A stretch of DNA of 64,000 bases from Patescibacteria group bacterium (GCA_041737355.1 JBGSRW010000008.1:91700-155699); one strand, 5' to 3'. Shown: positions 50,672-62,156, counted from the stretch's first letter. Notes: generated by a model not told the origin, from the letters alone. Numbers and translations are program-made.

Positions 50672-52909
50672 TCACGGTTTCGCTCTTTTCAATCTCAAGG
50701 AATTAGCTACGACGCTGATGCTGGAGAGTCCCATGGCTGCAGCCGCGATCATCGGATTGAGCAAAATACCCCAAATCGGATAAAGAACGCCGGCGGCAAC
50801 TGGAATTAAAATCGTGTTGTAGGCGTATGCCCAGAAGAGATTCTGCTTGATTATTCGCATGGTCATTTTGGACAAATTTATTGCCGCGGAAACACCGCTT
50901 AAATCTCCTCTCATTAAGGTGATGCCGCCCGCCTCCATAGCTACGTCTGTTCCCGTGCCCATGGCAATTCCGACATCTGCAGCGGCGAGAGCTGGCGCAT
51001 CGTTAATCCCGTCACCGGCCATAGCGACAACCTTGCCTTCATCCTGCAATTTTTTTATTTCCTCGGATTTGTTCTCCGGCAAAACCCTTGCGATTACTCT
51101 CTCGATACCAACCTGTTTGGCAATAGCTTCCGCGGTTTTTTGATTGTCGCCGGTCATCATAATAACTTCGATGCCCATCTTTTTAATTTTTTCTATGGCC
51201 GACTTCGAGCTTGCCTTGGGTGTATCGGCTACGGCGATCAAGCCGACCTCCCTGCCGTCAACCGCCACAATCATCACCGTTTTCCCCTGCCCTTCAAGCT
51301 CGGAAGCTTTTTCGTCTCCGCCATCCGTAGAAATTCTTTGTCCAACCATGAGTTGTTTTGTCCCGACTAAAATTTTCTTGCCGTTAATTACCGCTTTAAC
51401 TCCCGCTCCGGCAATAGCCTCAAAATCAAAAACTTCTCCTGGGAAAATATTTTTTTCTTTAGCTGCCCCGACTATCGCTTCACCCAAAGGATGCTCGGAA
51501 TTTTTTTCCGCACTGGCGGCAAGATAAAGAATTTCATTTTCCGGCAACGCACCAAACGACATAATATCGGTTAAAACCGGCTTGCCAAGTGTTATCGTCC
51601 CTGTCTTATCCATAACAATGACGTTAACCTTATGGGCAATCTCCAGGCTTTCCGCATCTTTAATCAAAATTCCGTTCGCCGCTCCGACTCCGGTCCCAAC
51701 CATAATCGCCGTAGGCGTAGCAAGCCCCAGAGCGCAGGGACAAGCAATGATCAAGACTCCCACAAAATTCAAAAGTGCAAAAGTAAAGGCCGGTGCCGTA
51801 CCAAAAATAATCCAAACAGTAAACGTAACGGCGGCAATTGAAAGAACCGCGGGAACAAAAATCGCCGTAACCTTGTCGGCCAATCTCTGAATCGGCGCCT
51901 TTGATCCTTGGGCGCGGAGAACCAATTCGATAATTTGAGCAAGAACCGTGTCTCTGCCGACTTTAGTGGCTCGGAATTTGAATGAACCGAATTTATTGAT
52001 TGTCGCGCCGATCACCGAATCGCCGGTTTCTTTCGTAACCGGCATTGATTCGCCGGTCACCATCGATCCATCAATCGAAGTTTTCCCCAAAACAATAATA
52101 CCGTCAACGGGAATTTTTTCGCCCGGCCGGACAACAACAATATCTCCAACCGCCACATCTTCCACCGGAATATCAACTTCTTCGCCGTCGCGAAGGACGC
52201 GGGCTGTCTTGGCCCTCAGCCCCATCAATTTCTTGATTGCCGCCGAAGTCCCCGCCCTGGCCCTGGCCTCGAACAAACGGCCTAAAAGAATCAAGGTAAT
52301 AATTATTGCCGCCGTATCAAAATAAATATTGATTTCCAGGCCGGCGCTCCGAAAAAAATCCGGTAAAAAAATCGCTACAACGCTGTAGCCGTAAGCCGCC
52401 GAAGTGCCGACGGCAATCAGGGTGTCCATGTTGGCGACTCTGTTCTTTAACGCGATAAAAAATCTCCGATAGAACTGCCAGCCAACCCAAAATTGCACCG
52501 GCGTTGCCAAAAGAAAAATTACCATCTTATTCATTAATATTTCCGGGGTCCAGGGAAACCACTCCGGAAAACTGCCCCAAAAAACAAACAGACTTAAAAT
52601 TCCTCCAACAAAAACTTTTCCTTGAAGAGCTTTCACCTCCTGGTCCCTGAGCATCTTTTCGTGATCGTGTCCGGGAGGATGCTGTATTTCTCCGGCGGCC
52701 GCCGAGACGACTCCGTAACCAAGTTTTTTAATTGCGATTACGATTTCTTTTTCGCCGACTTTTGTTTCGTCATAATCAACCGCGGCTTTTCCGGCGGCAA
52801 AATTAACATTGACTTTTACCACGCCGCTTATTCTCTTGAGCGATATTTCTATATTCATGGCGCAACTGGCGCAATCCATCCCGGAAACTTCAAAAATTTG
52901 TTGTTTCAT
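50672..52909 (-). CDS. copA: Copper-translocating P1B-type ATPase
   Basis: GMDCASC, TGES, CPC, DKTGT, HP, GDGIND, YN and MGLSS. Confidence 0.96.
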   Translation of the reverse strand: MKQQIFEVSGMDCASCAMNIEISLKRISGVVKVNVNFAAGKAAVDYDETKVGEKEIVIAIKKLGYGVVSAAAGEIQHPPGHDHEKMLRDQEVKALQGKVFVGGILSLFVFWGSFPEWFPWTPEILMNKMVIFLLATPVQFWVGWQFYRRFFIALKNRVANMDTLIAVGTSAAYGYSVVAIFLPDFFRSAGLEINIYFDTAAIIITLILLGRLFEARARAGTSAAIKKLMGLRAKTARVLRDGEEVDIPVEDVAVGDIVVVRPGEKIPVDGIIVLGKTSIDGSMVTGESMPVTKETGDSVIGATINKFGSFKFRATKVGRDTVLAQIIELVLRAQGSKAPIQRLADKVTAIFVPAVLSIAAVTFTVWIIFGTAPAFTFALLNFVGVLIIACPCALGLATPTAIMVGTGVGAANGILIKDAESLEIAHKVNVIVMDKTGTITLGKPVLTDIMSFGALPENEILYLAASAEKNSEHPLGEAIVGAAKEKNIFPGEVFDFEAIAGAGVKAVINGKKILVGTKQLMVGQRISTDGGDEKASELEGQGKTVMIVAVDGREVGLIAVADTPKASSKSAIEKIKKMGIEVIMMTGDNQKTAEAIAKQVGIERVIARVLPENKSEEIKKLQDEGKVVAMAGDGINDAPALAAADVGIAMGTGTDVAMEAGGITLMRGDLSGVSAAINLSKMTMRIIKQNLFWAYAYNTILIPVAAGVLYPIWGILLNPMIAAAAMGLSSISVVANSLRLKRAKP

Positions 52910-52926
52910 ATTTAAAAATTATTAAT

Positions 52927-54069
52927 TTAATTATTTGTTATAATAAATTTTCCCCAGACCATTTTCATCCCGCAGGAAAAAGTAATTTCGCCTGCTTCGG
53001 TCGGAGTGAACTCAATAATATTTTCTCCGACCCTTAAGTTTTTCTTTATCCCGAATTTCTCCATCAAAATTGTGCTGGTACAACCGCTAAGCTGCTTGAC
53101 ATCAATAACCCAACGGACTGGTATACCCTTTTTGGCATATAAAACATTCGGCTCATATCCACGGTAAGTTAAATTCATTCTAACTGTCTGGTATTCTCCG
53201 ACTGGTTTTTCCTCATTAACAGAGCCAACCGTTTCTTGCCCGCGCGGCAATAAATTTTTCAAATTCCAGCCAAAATTAGCGAGTCCGCGATTGACCATAA
53301 AGAGCCCTAAAAGAATTACCACGACTCCGGAAACTCTCATCATTTTTTTTACTTTTTCGCCGGAAATCGATGAAACAAAGTAGCCAAAACTAAACATTAA
53401 AAAAACTGTGCCTAGGGCGAAAAAAAACATACTCAAAGCGCCAGTCAGAGCGCTGCCCGTGCCAAGAGCGTAAAACTGAACCGCCTGCAACGGACCGCAG
53501 GGCATTAAACCATTCAGCAAACCTATAATCAGAGGCCCCCTCGGCTTGGATTCATATTTCTGGGAAAACAAAAAATTTGCGACGGATGTCGGTACTTTTG
53601 ACTTCAGTATTTCAATAAAATTTATTTTTTTCACTAGAGACAGACCGAGCGCGATCATAAAGGCGGCCGCCACAAGAGTTAAAACCCCGGAAAAAACTGG
53701 ACTGACCCCGAAGAAAGACCCAACACCTCCTAAAATTCCGCCCACGGCGGTGTAGGAAATTATCCTCCCCAAATTATACAAAACATGCGGCGCAATTTTT
53801 TTCTCCCTTCTTTCTAAATTACAGACCGTTGTATAAGAAACTACAAATCCTCCGCACATACCAATGCAGTGAAAGCTCGCCAAAAAACCAATAAGAAAAA
53901 GCAGGCCATAGCCGATTTTGTCTTCGTTCAAGCGGGAAAAAACTTCGAGCGCTCCGTTTTTTTGCAAAATAAAATATAAACCGACTAAGGCAATAACTAC
54001 CAAACCGACCAAAATATACTTTATTGTCCTGAATTCAAAATTATTTTCTTCTACTTGTTTATCTGTCAT
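52927..54069 (-). CDS. DsbD_2/TauE-like membrane protein with C-terminal cupredoxin-like domain
   Basis: HCIGMCG, YNLGR, MPCG, FSCGMKM. Confidence 0.85.
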   Translation of the reverse strand: MTDKQVEENNFEFRTIKYILVGLVVIALVGLYFILQKNGALEVFSRLNEDKIGYGLLFLIGFLASFHCIGMCGGFVVSYTTVCNLERREKKIAPHVLYNLGRIISYTAVGGILGGVGSFFGVSPVFSGVLTLVAAAFMIALGLSLVKKINFIEILKSKVPTSVANFLFSQKYESKPRGPLIIGLLNGLMPCGPLQAVQFYALGTGSALTGALSMFFFALGTVFLMFSFGYFVSSISGEKVKKMMRVSGVVVILLGLFMVNRGLANFGWNLKNLLPRGQETVGSVNEEKPVGEYQTVRMNLTYRGYEPNVLYAKKGIPVRWVIDVKQLSGCTSTILMEKFGIKKNLRVGENIIEFTPTEAGEITFSCGMKMVWGKFIITNN

Positions 54070-54344
54070 ACTTTACTGCTTGTTTTATAAATACCCAGGA
54101 GCTCTTCCGCCATGGCCCGCTGTTTGTTCTTATTTTTTCCGAGGGAAACATTCATCACGCATGTATCAAGATGGCTCGACAAAATCAATTCATTGACTTT
54201 ATGCAAAGCATTAATCACCGCCTTATTTTGCTTGATGATATCTATGCAATAAGCGTCTTTTTCAAGCATTTTTTTGATTCCGTCGAGATGCCCCTTAAGA
54301 TAGTTCATTCTTTTAAGACACTCTCTTTTCACCGCTGGTTTCAT
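54066..54344 (-). CDS. csoR: CsoR-family metal-sensing repressor
   Basis: GHLDGI..M....YC.D and HLDTC (Cys-His-Cys). Confidence 0.9.
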   Translation of the reverse strand: MKPAVKRECLKRMNYLKGHLDGIKKMLEKDAYCIDIIKQNKAVINALHKVNELILSSHLDTCVMNVSLGKNKNKQRAMAEELLGIYKTSSKV

Positions 54345-54390
54345 AATTTTTATCAGTCATTATTAATTAAATATTATTATTTTTTCTCAA

Positions 54391-54444
54391 ACCCTCCCCC
54401 ATGGGGTATGGGTATACCATACCATTCAGGAAAAACTGCGTCAA
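54391..54444 (-). promoter_or_regulatory. Promoter with putative CsoR operator
   Basis: TTGACG-17-TATGGT followed by the C/G-tract pseudo-palindrome ATACCCATACCCCATGGGGGAGGGT. Confidence 0.7.
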
Positions 54445-54519
54445 GAAAAGTTATCCACAAAGACTCTCCACCTTGACAAAATATAAAAATTAATTCACTC
54501 TTAGAGTAGGAGGTAAGCG

Positions 54520-54978
54520 ATGGTTATTTACGGAAAAGATTTCCCCTTCCTTCTCTATTCCGCCGCCTACCGCATTGTCAAGTTGCAGCCCTACCATTTT
54601 CCCTGGCCGAAGAAGGAGCAATTCTGGAAGGCGCCGCATGAAGTGACGAGCCACGAGCTCTGGCACACGCTCCGAGAACTCTACGTGTGGCTCACGGCTC
54701 ATCACCAGCCGTTCCCTTTTTCGCGGCCGGAAATTTTCGCCGAACCGCAAGAAATGGACGTCGTCGGAATAGCGCAAAACCTGCTCGAAATGGCCATGCT
54801 TGCCATGGAGGGGCATCCGTCGCCTGAAGCGCATCGCAATCCGAAACACTTCGGTGAGTGCCCATTCTGCCTCGGTTGCTACACCAATCTTGTCGGCGCT
54901 TTCGTCGGCAAACTCTACAACGACACGAACTTCCGGCTCACTCTTCTCCGCACTCCATATCAATCTCAGCCGAGTTAA
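54520..54978 (+). CDS. Orphan hypothetical protein (152 aa; HELWH and CPFCLGC), cassette-type
   Basis: TTGACA at 54473 (weak -10), AGGAGGT SD, terminator at 55014-55041, GC-rich. Confidence 0.7.
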   Translation: MVIYGKDFPFLLYSAAYRIVKLQPYHFPWPKKEQFWKAPHEVTSHELWHTLRELYVWLTAHHQPFPFSRPEIFAEPQEMDVVGIAQNLLEMAMLAMEGHPSPEAHRNPKHFGECPFCLGCYTNLVGAFVGKLYNDTNFRLTLLRTPYQSQPS

Positions 54979-55048
54979 AAACGCTCATAAAATCCGGTGA
55001 GGACCATCGCTCCAAGGTTTGCCAGACGGCGGACCTTTTTTATTTTAC

Positions 55049-55080
55049 AAAAAGCGCTCCGGAATTTTCCGGAGCGCTTT
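55049..55080 (-). terminator. secF terminator
   Basis: AAAGCGCTCCGGAA/TTCCGGAGCGCTTT inverted repeat. Confidence 0.8.
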
Positions 55081-55097
55081 ATAATATTTTTTATTAA

Positions 55098-56000
55098 TTA
55101 TCTTTTGCGCATATTTATCTTTTCCCAGGTTACGAGCAGCGGACTCGCGATAAAAATCGAAGAATAGGCGCCAAGCCCGATACCGATAATCAAAGCCAAA
55201 GCAAAATACTTCACCGACTCCCCTCCCCAGAAAAATACGGCTACGAGGGCGAGCAAAGTCGTGAAAGTTGTATTGATAGAGCGGGCAAAAGTCTGGTTGA
55301 CGCTTTCGTTGACAATTTTATCAAAATGTTCGTAATCGCCGCCGGAATGCAATAGATTTTCCCTGACTCTGTCGAAGACGACGATCGTATCATTGACCGA
55401 GTAACCCAAGATGGTTAAAATCGCCGCGACAAAAGCACTATTTATTTCTACCCCCATAAATCTTCCGAGTACCGCGAAAACCCCGATAGGAACTCCGATA
55501 TCATGGATTAGAACAAGAACGGCAATCGTTCCGTATTTCCACGAAGCGATCGGTTTGGCAACTTTTCTGAATGCCCAGGCGATATAAACGATAATACAAA
55601 CCAACACTACAACTATGGAGTAAAGTGCTTTCGTCCGGAGTTCCTTACCGATTGTCGGACCGATTGATTCAAAACGGCTTTCTTCGACATTACTGAATTT
55701 TTCCTTGAGTTTGCCCAATATCTCCTGATGTTTCGGCTCATCCACCGTTTTAAATCTGGCAATCGCGCCCTGGTCCCCGACCGGCTGAAGACTGGCGTTT
55801 TCCGCGCCAAAAGTCGCCAAGTCAGAAGCCAGCTCCGAGATAGCCGGACGGTTATCTTTAAAAGTCAATTCCATGAGTGATCCGCCGGTAAAATCAATGC
55901 CGAACTTAAGTCCCCAGAGACCTACAGCCAAGGCACTTAAAATAACAAGCGCCGCGGTAATGCCAAGCCATAATTTTCTATAACCAATAATGTTGATCAT
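55098..56000 (-). CDS. secF: Protein translocase SecF
   Basis: GIDFTGG, IGPTIG, GYSVNDTIVVFDRVRE. Confidence 0.97.
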   Translation of the reverse strand: MINIIGYRKLWLGITAALVILSALAVGLWGLKFGIDFTGGSLMELTFKDNRPAISELASDLATFGAENASLQPVGDQGAIARFKTVDEPKHQEILGKLKEKFSNVEESRFESIGPTIGKELRTKALYSIVVVLVCIIVYIAWAFRKVAKPIASWKYGTIAVLVLIHDIGVPIGVFAVLGRFMGVEINSAFVAAILTILGYSVNDTIVVFDRVRENLLHSGGDYEHFDKIVNESVNQTFARSINTTFTTLLALVAVFFWGGESVKYFALALIIGIGLGAYSSIFIASPLLVTWEKINMRKR

Positions 56001-56014
56001 ACGTATAATGCAAA

Positions 56015-58072
56015 TTAATTACTTTTTCTTTTTACTCCAAAAAGCCAGGTGCCATGAAACCAAGGCACGATGAGCTTCAGGAACATTCTTGTCACCGTGA
56101 GCGCCGAAAGCATGCTCAGGATAACACCAACCGAAAGCGTCAGAGCAAAACCCTTTATCATGCTGGTTGAAAACCAGAACAGAACGAGACAAGAAATCAG
56201 GGTAGTAAAATTTCCGTCGCGGATTGACGGCCAAGCGCGTCTAAAAGCCTCATCAATCGCCGAGCCAAGCGGCTTACCCCATTTTAATTCTTCTTTCAAT
56301 CTTTCAAAGATAAGAACGTTTGCGTCAACAGCCATACCGACCGAAAGGACAAAACCGGCAATACCGGCCAAGGTCAGGGTTACCGGAATCAATTTGAATA
56401 TAGCGAGAATAATCGCAGCATAAAATACCAAGGCAATCGCCGAAAGTAAACCCGGCAAACGGTAATACAAAATCATAAAGACGACAACCACTAAAAATCC
56501 TATCATTGCGGCAACTAAACTTTTCGCCACCGATTCTTGGCCAAGCGCCGCGCCAACCGTCTCTTGGCTGATCAAATTAATTGGAACGGGTAACGCGCCG
56601 GCGTTAAGCCTTTGCGCCAGAAGTTTTGCCTCCGGAACGGTAAAGCTACCATTAATAACCGCCTTGCCTTCCTTAATTGGCTCCTGGACCCGCGGTATGG
56701 AAATCGGCTGGCCGTCCAGAAAGATAGCCACATTTTTCCCGACATTCCGCTCGGTTATTTCACCGAACAATTTTTTACCCTCGTCGTTAAACTCCAAACC
56801 GACTTCCGGGGCGTTTGTATTCGGATCAAACTGGACTTGGGCCCGGACAAGTTGTTTACCGGTCAAACCGGTATATTTCCATTCATCGGCCGGAGGCAGA
56901 ATTTCCTCTTTGGTTTTTTTATCAAAAAGAATTCTAGAAACTCTGTATTCCGGAACCGCCCGCTCGTCCGTTTTATAAATCAGGTGATAGCCGAAATCTG
57001 TTTCGATCACCTCGGAAATTTCCCCTACTTTCACGGCAAAAGTCGCATCTTCAAACGGCTTGACCATCATTCCCTTGCTAAACCATCCCAAATCGCCGCC
57101 CGACTCGGACGCTCCCGGCTCGGTTGAATTGGTCTTAACCAAATCAATAAAATTCTCTTTGGTCGCTTGCGCCTTAAGTTCGTCGATTTTTCTTCTGGCG
57201 TCCTCTTTCGACAATTCGCTAGTACAGCCCTGCGCTCCGCTCCAACAAATCAATAAATGGTTGGCTTGGACTTCTTTCGCATCCTGCACGCCAACCAGTT
57301 TGATTATGCTTATATCGGCATCTGTTTCAATGAGCTTACTTGTCTGGCCGACTTTCAATTTGGCCACCTCTTCATAGAGCGCGGCATAAGGCCCGTCTTT
57401 AGCAATAAAACCAAGATCTCCGCCGACCCCCTTGGTCGCCTCGTCGGAAGAATATTCCTTGGCCAGGGCGGAAAAATCTGCATCTTTGGCTTTAGCTTTT
57501 TTCAACACTTCATTGGCCGTTTTCTTGGCTTCGGCATTATAATTGTTCATTTCCTTTTTCTCTTCCGCGGTCAGTTCGCGCGTTTCAATCACCCCCTCTT
57601 CCTTGAATTCCAAAAGCGGCGTTTCACCAATCATTTTGATAGCTTGCGAAACGTCTTTGACTCCGGCGAGCTCAACTATAACCCTCTGGCTGTCTCCGGC
57701 GCTTGTTGTCTGCACGACCGGCTCGGCTACGCCAAAAGCGTTGATTCTTCTTTCAATAACATCCCGCACGCCTTCAAGGGCGCTGTCCTGGTCCTTGCTC
57801 GGAATAGCCGAAGTATCGGCCTCATAAACCAAATGGGTTCCGCCTTGCAAATCAAGGCCAAGATGGAATGGCAATTTATAAAACTGCGGCAATCCAATGC
57901 CGGTTGTTTTCTTTAACCAATCAACACCCTTGTCGTAATAATTCGGATAATCCAAAAGCCCGGACAGGGTCGTGATGGCAAGAATTAAAACAATGAGCCA
58001 CCAAATTTTGGCTCTCGGAGTTGTGAAGATCTTTTTCCCCGCGTTTGCGAAGAATCTTTTGATTTTGTTCAT
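56015..58072 (-). CDS. secD: Protein translocase SecD with inserted PpiC/parvulin domains
   Basis: LGLDLQGG, GALP, AVDANVLIFER; insertion carries GGDLG twice and GEISEVIETDFGYHLI. Confidence 0.95.
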   Translation of the reverse strand: MNKIKRFFANAGKKIFTTPRAKIWWLIVLILAITTLSGLLDYPNYYDKGVDWLKKTTGIGLPQFYKLPFHLGLDLQGGTHLVYEADTSAIPSKDQDSALEGVRDVIERRINAFGVAEPVVQTTSAGDSQRVIVELAGVKDVSQAIKMIGETPLLEFKEEGVIETRELTAEEKKEMNNYNAEAKKTANEVLKKAKAKDADFSALAKEYSSDEATKGVGGDLGFIAKDGPYAALYEEVAKLKVGQTSKLIETDADISIIKLVGVQDAKEVQANHLLICWSGAQGCTSELSKEDARRKIDELKAQATKENFIDLVKTNSTEPGASESGGDLGWFSKGMMVKPFEDATFAVKVGEISEVIETDFGYHLIYKTDERAVPEYRVSRILFDKKTKEEILPPADEWKYTGLTGKQLVRAQVQFDPNTNAPEVGLEFNDEGKKLFGEITERNVGKNVAIFLDGQPISIPRVQEPIKEGKAVINGSFTVPEAKLLAQRLNAGALPVPINLISQETVGAALGQESVAKSLVAAMIGFLVVVVFMILYYRLPGLLSAIALVFYAAIILAIFKLIPVTLTLAGIAGFVLSVGMAVDANVLIFERLKEELKWGKPLGSAIDEAFRRAWPSIRDGNFTTLISCLVLFWFSTSMIKGFALTLSVGVILSMLSALTVTRMFLKLIVPWFHGTWLFGVKRKSN

Positions 58073-58317
58073 AAATACATGCTGTGTTGCCTGTGTCGCT
58101 CGGGAAAAGCGCTGGCGCTTTTCCTCTCGCTATCCTCGGCAATAAAAAAATTATCCTCCTACAGATATTTTTTATAGTTTAGCGCAAATTGATTAAAGTG
58201 TAAAGGTTAACTCTCACTAAGAAATTTATAGCCTTTTTACTCCCTCCTTTGGCAGGAGAGGGTTGTAGAGGACGTTAGAACCCTGTAACGAAGATACCTA
58301 TATACCAGATACCAGAT

Positions 58318-58776
58318 TTAAATTTTCAACAGACTAGCAATAATTAAAACTATTCCTGCGGCCAAAAGACATCCAGCCATTTTACCTACAGCTGAACCCA
58401 ACATAGTACGCTGGTCAGAAATATTATTTTTTCTCATTTTCTCAGCTATATATCCTTCAAATATTCCAGCGATGCCATCTGTTACAGCATTGCCAACGAC
58501 ACCCCCTATTACTGCGCCAATTACTCCTGCCATCTCACCGCCAAAAATCGCCAATATTGCCAAAATACCATTATCAACCAACCCGAAAACAATATCTGCC
58601 CAAATTGTATTGATTGGTATTTTAAAAGGAATTAAGGATAGAAGGCAAAGAATACCTAATCCTAAAATTACCAAACCTATCAATTGAGAATCATAAATAA
58701 AATAAAAACTGACTGCAAAAATAACAATGCAAAGTATAATTATATTTATAATGGCTGAAATAAAATAATTTTTCAT
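58318..58776 (-). CDS. Membrane protein, TMEM65-like motif pattern
   Basis: FGLVDNGIL...GNAVTDGIAG...G...GCLL; AT-richer than its flanks. Confidence 0.6.
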   Translation of the reverse strand: MKNYFISAIINIIILCIVIFAVSFYFIYDSQLIGLVILGLGILCLLSLIPFKIPINTIWADIVFGLVDNGILAILAIFGGEMAGVIGAVIGGVVGNAVTDGIAGIFEGYIAEKMRKNNISDQRTMLGSAVGKMAGCLLAAGIVLIIASLLKI

Positions 58777-58828
58777 ATTTTAGTGCAAAGAGACTAATGT
58801 ATAAAGATACTATTATATCCGCTTTTCA

Positions 58829-61543
58829 TTATTTTCCACAACACTTTTTATACTTTTGCCCGGACCCGCAAGGACACGGATCATTTCTCCCGATTTTGTC
58901 GCCTTCCGCAGTGCGCGGCTTGGCTTTGATATCGGCAACTTGGTTCCGGCTATCGGCGTCTTTCGCCGGCGCGGAAAGCCTTACCCCGCGGCGTTCCATC
59001 ATGGACGGCGCCGGTTCGGCGGATAAACCGACTTTATAAATACTGTAAACGACTTCTTTGTTGATGTAGTGCAATAATTCCTGGAACATCCGGTATGTTT
59101 CCCGTTTATATTCAACGAGCGGATCGCGCTGGCCATAACCGCGCAAACCGATTCCTGTGCGCAAATAATCAACCGCGCTCAAATGATCAACCCAAAGCGT
59201 ATCAATCGCCCGGATCGCAAGGCCTTGCTCAATTTGTCTCATCATTTTTGACCCGTCCTGATTAAGCTTTACCGCCTGCTCATTGATTTTCCCTTCCAGC
59301 TCCCCGTAAGCCTTTCTGGCAAGTTCCATCAAATATTCGATGATGCGCGTCCGGACGGCCGCGTCGTGCGCCTTGTCTCCCGCCCAGCGGCGGAGATCGT
59401 CTATTTTTATCCGCGTTTCTTTGGCTACCGGAAAAATTGTTCCGACTACCTCGTAAATTTCTTCCAGATTCCAGTCCCCCTCCTGCTCCGAAGCGGTGTG
59501 GAATAAAACGACCTGCTCGATTTCGTCTTCAATCATTTCCAAAACTTTTTCCTTGCTGTTCTCCGCCGCCAAAATATCGCGGCGTTTTTTATAAATAACT
59601 TCGCGATGCTTGTTTAAAACATCATCATAGTCAAGCAGATGTTTTCTGATATCAAAATTTTGTCCTTCAACCCGGCGCTGGGCAGATTCAATGGATTTGG
59701 AAACCATCCGGTTCTCAATCGGCATATCTTCCGGCATATTGAGACGATTCATCAGCCCTTTCAGCCGGTCTCCGGCAAAAATTCTCATCAAATCATCCTC
59801 GAGCGAAAGATAAAACTGCGAGGAGCCAGGATCTCCTTGGCGCCCGGCCCGGCCGCGCAGCTGATTGTCTATACGGCGCGATTCGTGCCGCTCAGTGCCG
59901 ATAATATGCAGCCCGCCCAAAGCTTTAACTTTTTCCGCTTCCTCTTTTGACGGCGGATTTCCTCCCAAAATAATATCAACGCCGCGGCCCGCCATGTTTG
60001 TCGCGACGGTTACCGCCCCGAGACGCCCGGCCTGGGAGATTATTTCCGCTTCTTTTTCGTGATGCTTGGCGTTCAATAGTTGGTGCGGAATTCCTTCACG
60101 TTCAAGAATTTGCCCCAAAATTTCGTTTTTCTCAATTGAAATCGTGCCGACCAAAACGGGCTGACCTTTTTCATGCCTTTCTTTTATTTCCCGCGCCACG
60201 GCCATAAACTTTCCTTCTTCGCTCTTATAGATCCGGTCGGCGGAATCTGCCCGGACCATCGGTTTATTGGTCGGGATAGAAACAACTTCCAAATTGTAAA
60301 TTTTTGAAAATTCCTCCGCTTCGGTAAGAGCGGTGCCGGTCATGCCGGCCAATTTCTTATAAAGCCGGAAAAGATTTTGAAAAGTAACGGTCGCTAAAGT
60401 TTTCGATTCCTCGCGGACCCGGACGCCCTCTTTGGCCTCGATCGCCTGATGCAACCCCTCGCTGTAGCGCCGCCCCATCATCATCCGGCCGGTAAATTCA
60501 TCGACAATAATAACTTCGCCTTCGCGGACAACATAATCGCGATCCCGCTTGAACAAAGTTTCGGCGCGTAAGGCCTGCTCGATATGATGGACCATTTCGA
60601 TTCCGCCGGAAGTGTAAATATTTTCGACCCCGAGCCATTTCTCCATTTTGGCGATACCGGCCTCGGTCAAAGTTGCCGCCCGCATTTTCTCATCAATATT
60701 ATAATCCTCGTTTTCCTTGAGGCGCCTAACGAGATCGGCAAATTTTGCATAAAGTTCTCCGGATTCCTCGGCCGGAGCGGAAATAATCAAAGGAGTCCGC
60801 GCTTCGTCGATCAAGATGCTGTCAACTTCGTCAACAATTGCGTAATGAAGTTCCCGCTGAACCATGTTGGTGAGGTTCGTCACCATGTTGTCGCGCAGAT
60901 AATCAAAACCGAACTCATTGTTGGTTCCGTAAAGAATATCCGCGGCATATGCATCTTTTCTCGGCACTGGACGTAAAAATTCTTGGACAATCTTAAAACT
61001 TGCGATCTGTTCGGAACCATCTTCCGGAATGGCTTCATTTTTGTATTCCGGATCATAAACAAAAGCCGCTTCGTGTTGGATGCAACCAACCGAAAGGCCG
61101 AGCGCGTGATAAATTCTTCCCATCCAGACCGCGTCTCTTTTCGCCAGATAATCGTTAACTGTAACAATATGAACACCCTTCCCGGAAAGAGCGTTCAAAT
61201 ACACCGGCAATGTCGCGGTCAAAGTTTTTCCTTCGCCAGTTTTCATTTCGGCAATCTGTCCGCGGTGCAAAATTACTCCGCCAATAAGCTGGGCATCAAA
61301 ATGGCGCTGGCCGAGAATTCTTTTTGATGTTTCTCTTACCGCGGCGAAAGCTTCCGGCAAAAGATCATCCAAATTTTCTCCTTTTCCAACCCTCTCTTTA
61401 AATTTCGCAGTCTGCCCTCTCAACTCTTCATTAGAAAACGACTCGAATTTTGGTTCGAGGTCGTTAATGAGCCTTATTGTCGGCTCGATCTTTTCTATAG
61501 TTTTTTTATTTGGATCACCAAATATCTTTTCAAGAAAAGACAT
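58829..61543 (-). CDS. secA: Protein translocase SecA
   Basis: [37 protein letters not shown] motif [13 protein letters not shown]. Confidence 0.99.
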   Translation of the reverse strand: MSFLEKIFGDPNKKTIEKIEPTIRLINDLEPKFESFSNEELRGQTAKFKERVGKGENLDDLLPEAFAAVRETSKRILGQRHFDAQLIGGVILHRGQIAEMKTGEGKTLTATLPVYLNALSGKGVHIVTVNDYLAKRDAVWMGRIYHALGLSVGCIQHEAAFVYDPEYKNEAIPEDGSEQIASFKIVQEFLRPVPRKDAYAADILYGTNNEFGFDYLRDNMVTNLTNMVQRELHYAIVDEVDSILIDEARTPLIISAPAEESGELYAKFADLVRRLKENEDYNIDEKMRAATLTEAGIAKMEKWLGVENIYTSGGIEMVHHIEQALRAETLFKRDRDYVVREGEVIIVDEFTGRMMMGRRYSEGLHQAIEAKEGVRVREESKTLATVTFQNLFRLYKKLAGMTGTALTEAEEFSKIYNLEVVSIPTNKPMVRADSADRIYKSEEGKFMAVAREIKERHEKGQPVLVGTISIEKNEILGQILEREGIPHQLLNAKHHEKEAEIISQAGRLGAVTVATNMAGRGVDIILGGNPPSKEEAEKVKALGGLHIIGTERHESRRIDNQLRGRAGRQGDPGSSQFYLSLEDDLMRIFAGDRLKGLMNRLNMPEDMPIENRMVSKSIESAQRRVEGQNFDIRKHLLDYDDVLNKHREVIYKKRRDILAAENSKEKVLEMIEDEIEQVVLFHTASEQEGDWNLEEIYEVVGTIFPVAKETRIKIDDLRRWAGDKAHDAAVRTRIIEYLMELARKAYGELEGKINEQAVKLNQDGSKMMRQIEQGLAIRAIDTLWVDHLSAVDYLRTGIGLRGYGQRDPLVEYKRETYRMFQELLHYINKEVVYSIYKVGLSAEPAPSMMERRGVRLSAPAKDADSRNQVADIKAKPRTAEGDKIGRNDPCPCGSGQKYKKCCGK

Positions 61544-61552
61544 GTTGATATA

Positions 61553-62095
61553 TTAAGGGACAAATACAGCGGCGGAAATTACCGTTGTCCAGAGGCCGTT
61601 TTTGTCCGCAATGGCCGATTGTGTAATATTGGTTGTTTTAATTATCTTTCCGCTGACTTTGTAAATCTGCTCTCTCTCGTCCCAAGCCTGATTGGAATCG
61701 AATTCGACGCCGAGCGTTGAAGCAAGCATTGAAGCGGCCAGATCTTCCGCGTAGTCGCCGGCCTTCTGATCCGTTTCTCCGAAAGGATGATGCTCGGAAA
61801 GATAACCGTAGTGCGTCGGATCGGACGGCAGAGCTAAACCAATTGACGAGGCGATAAGCCGGTTCGGCTCATTAGTCGCGTTTCTCGCCATAACACAGAA
61901 AACTACTTCTCCGGCCTTCAATTCCGCCAAACCCTGTGTCTTATTTATCATTTTACATCCTGGCGGAAAAATACTCGAGACACAGACAATATTAAATTTC
62001 TCAATTCCGGCATCACGAAGCGCCGCCTCAAAGGCTTGGAGCATTTCTTTGTGCCGACCCACACCTTTGGTAAAGAATACTTTTGTTGGTACCAT
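61553..62095 (-). CDS. pdaD: Pyruvoyl-dependent arginine decarboxylase
   Basis: [24 protein letters not shown] (Ser-Ser cleavage site), GYLSEH. Confidence 0.9.
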   Translation of the reverse strand: MVPTKVFFTKGVGRHKEMLQAFEAALRDAGIEKFNIVCVSSIFPPGCKMINKTQGLAELKAGEVVFCVMARNATNEPNRLIASSIGLALPSDPTHYGYLSEHHPFGETDQKAGDYAEDLAASMLASTLGVEFDSNQAWDEREQIYKVSGKIIKTTNITQSAIADKNGLWTTVISAAVFVP

Positions 62096-62116
62096 CTCTT
62101 TAAAAATTAGTAATTA

Positions 62117-62146
62117 TCCGCCAGAGGCGGATCCGCCTTGGGCGGA
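62117..62146. repeat. Tandem REP-like mini-hairpins
   Basis: TCCGCC-AGA-GGCGGA TCCGCC-TTG-GGCGGA. Confidence 0.7.
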
Positions 62147-62156
62147 AAAATTAAAA

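Noticed and set aside
58205-58300. Possible integron attC site after the AT-rich membrane gene
   Set aside because: No matched RYYYAAC/GTTRRRY core pair with complementary arms, and no integrase in the window
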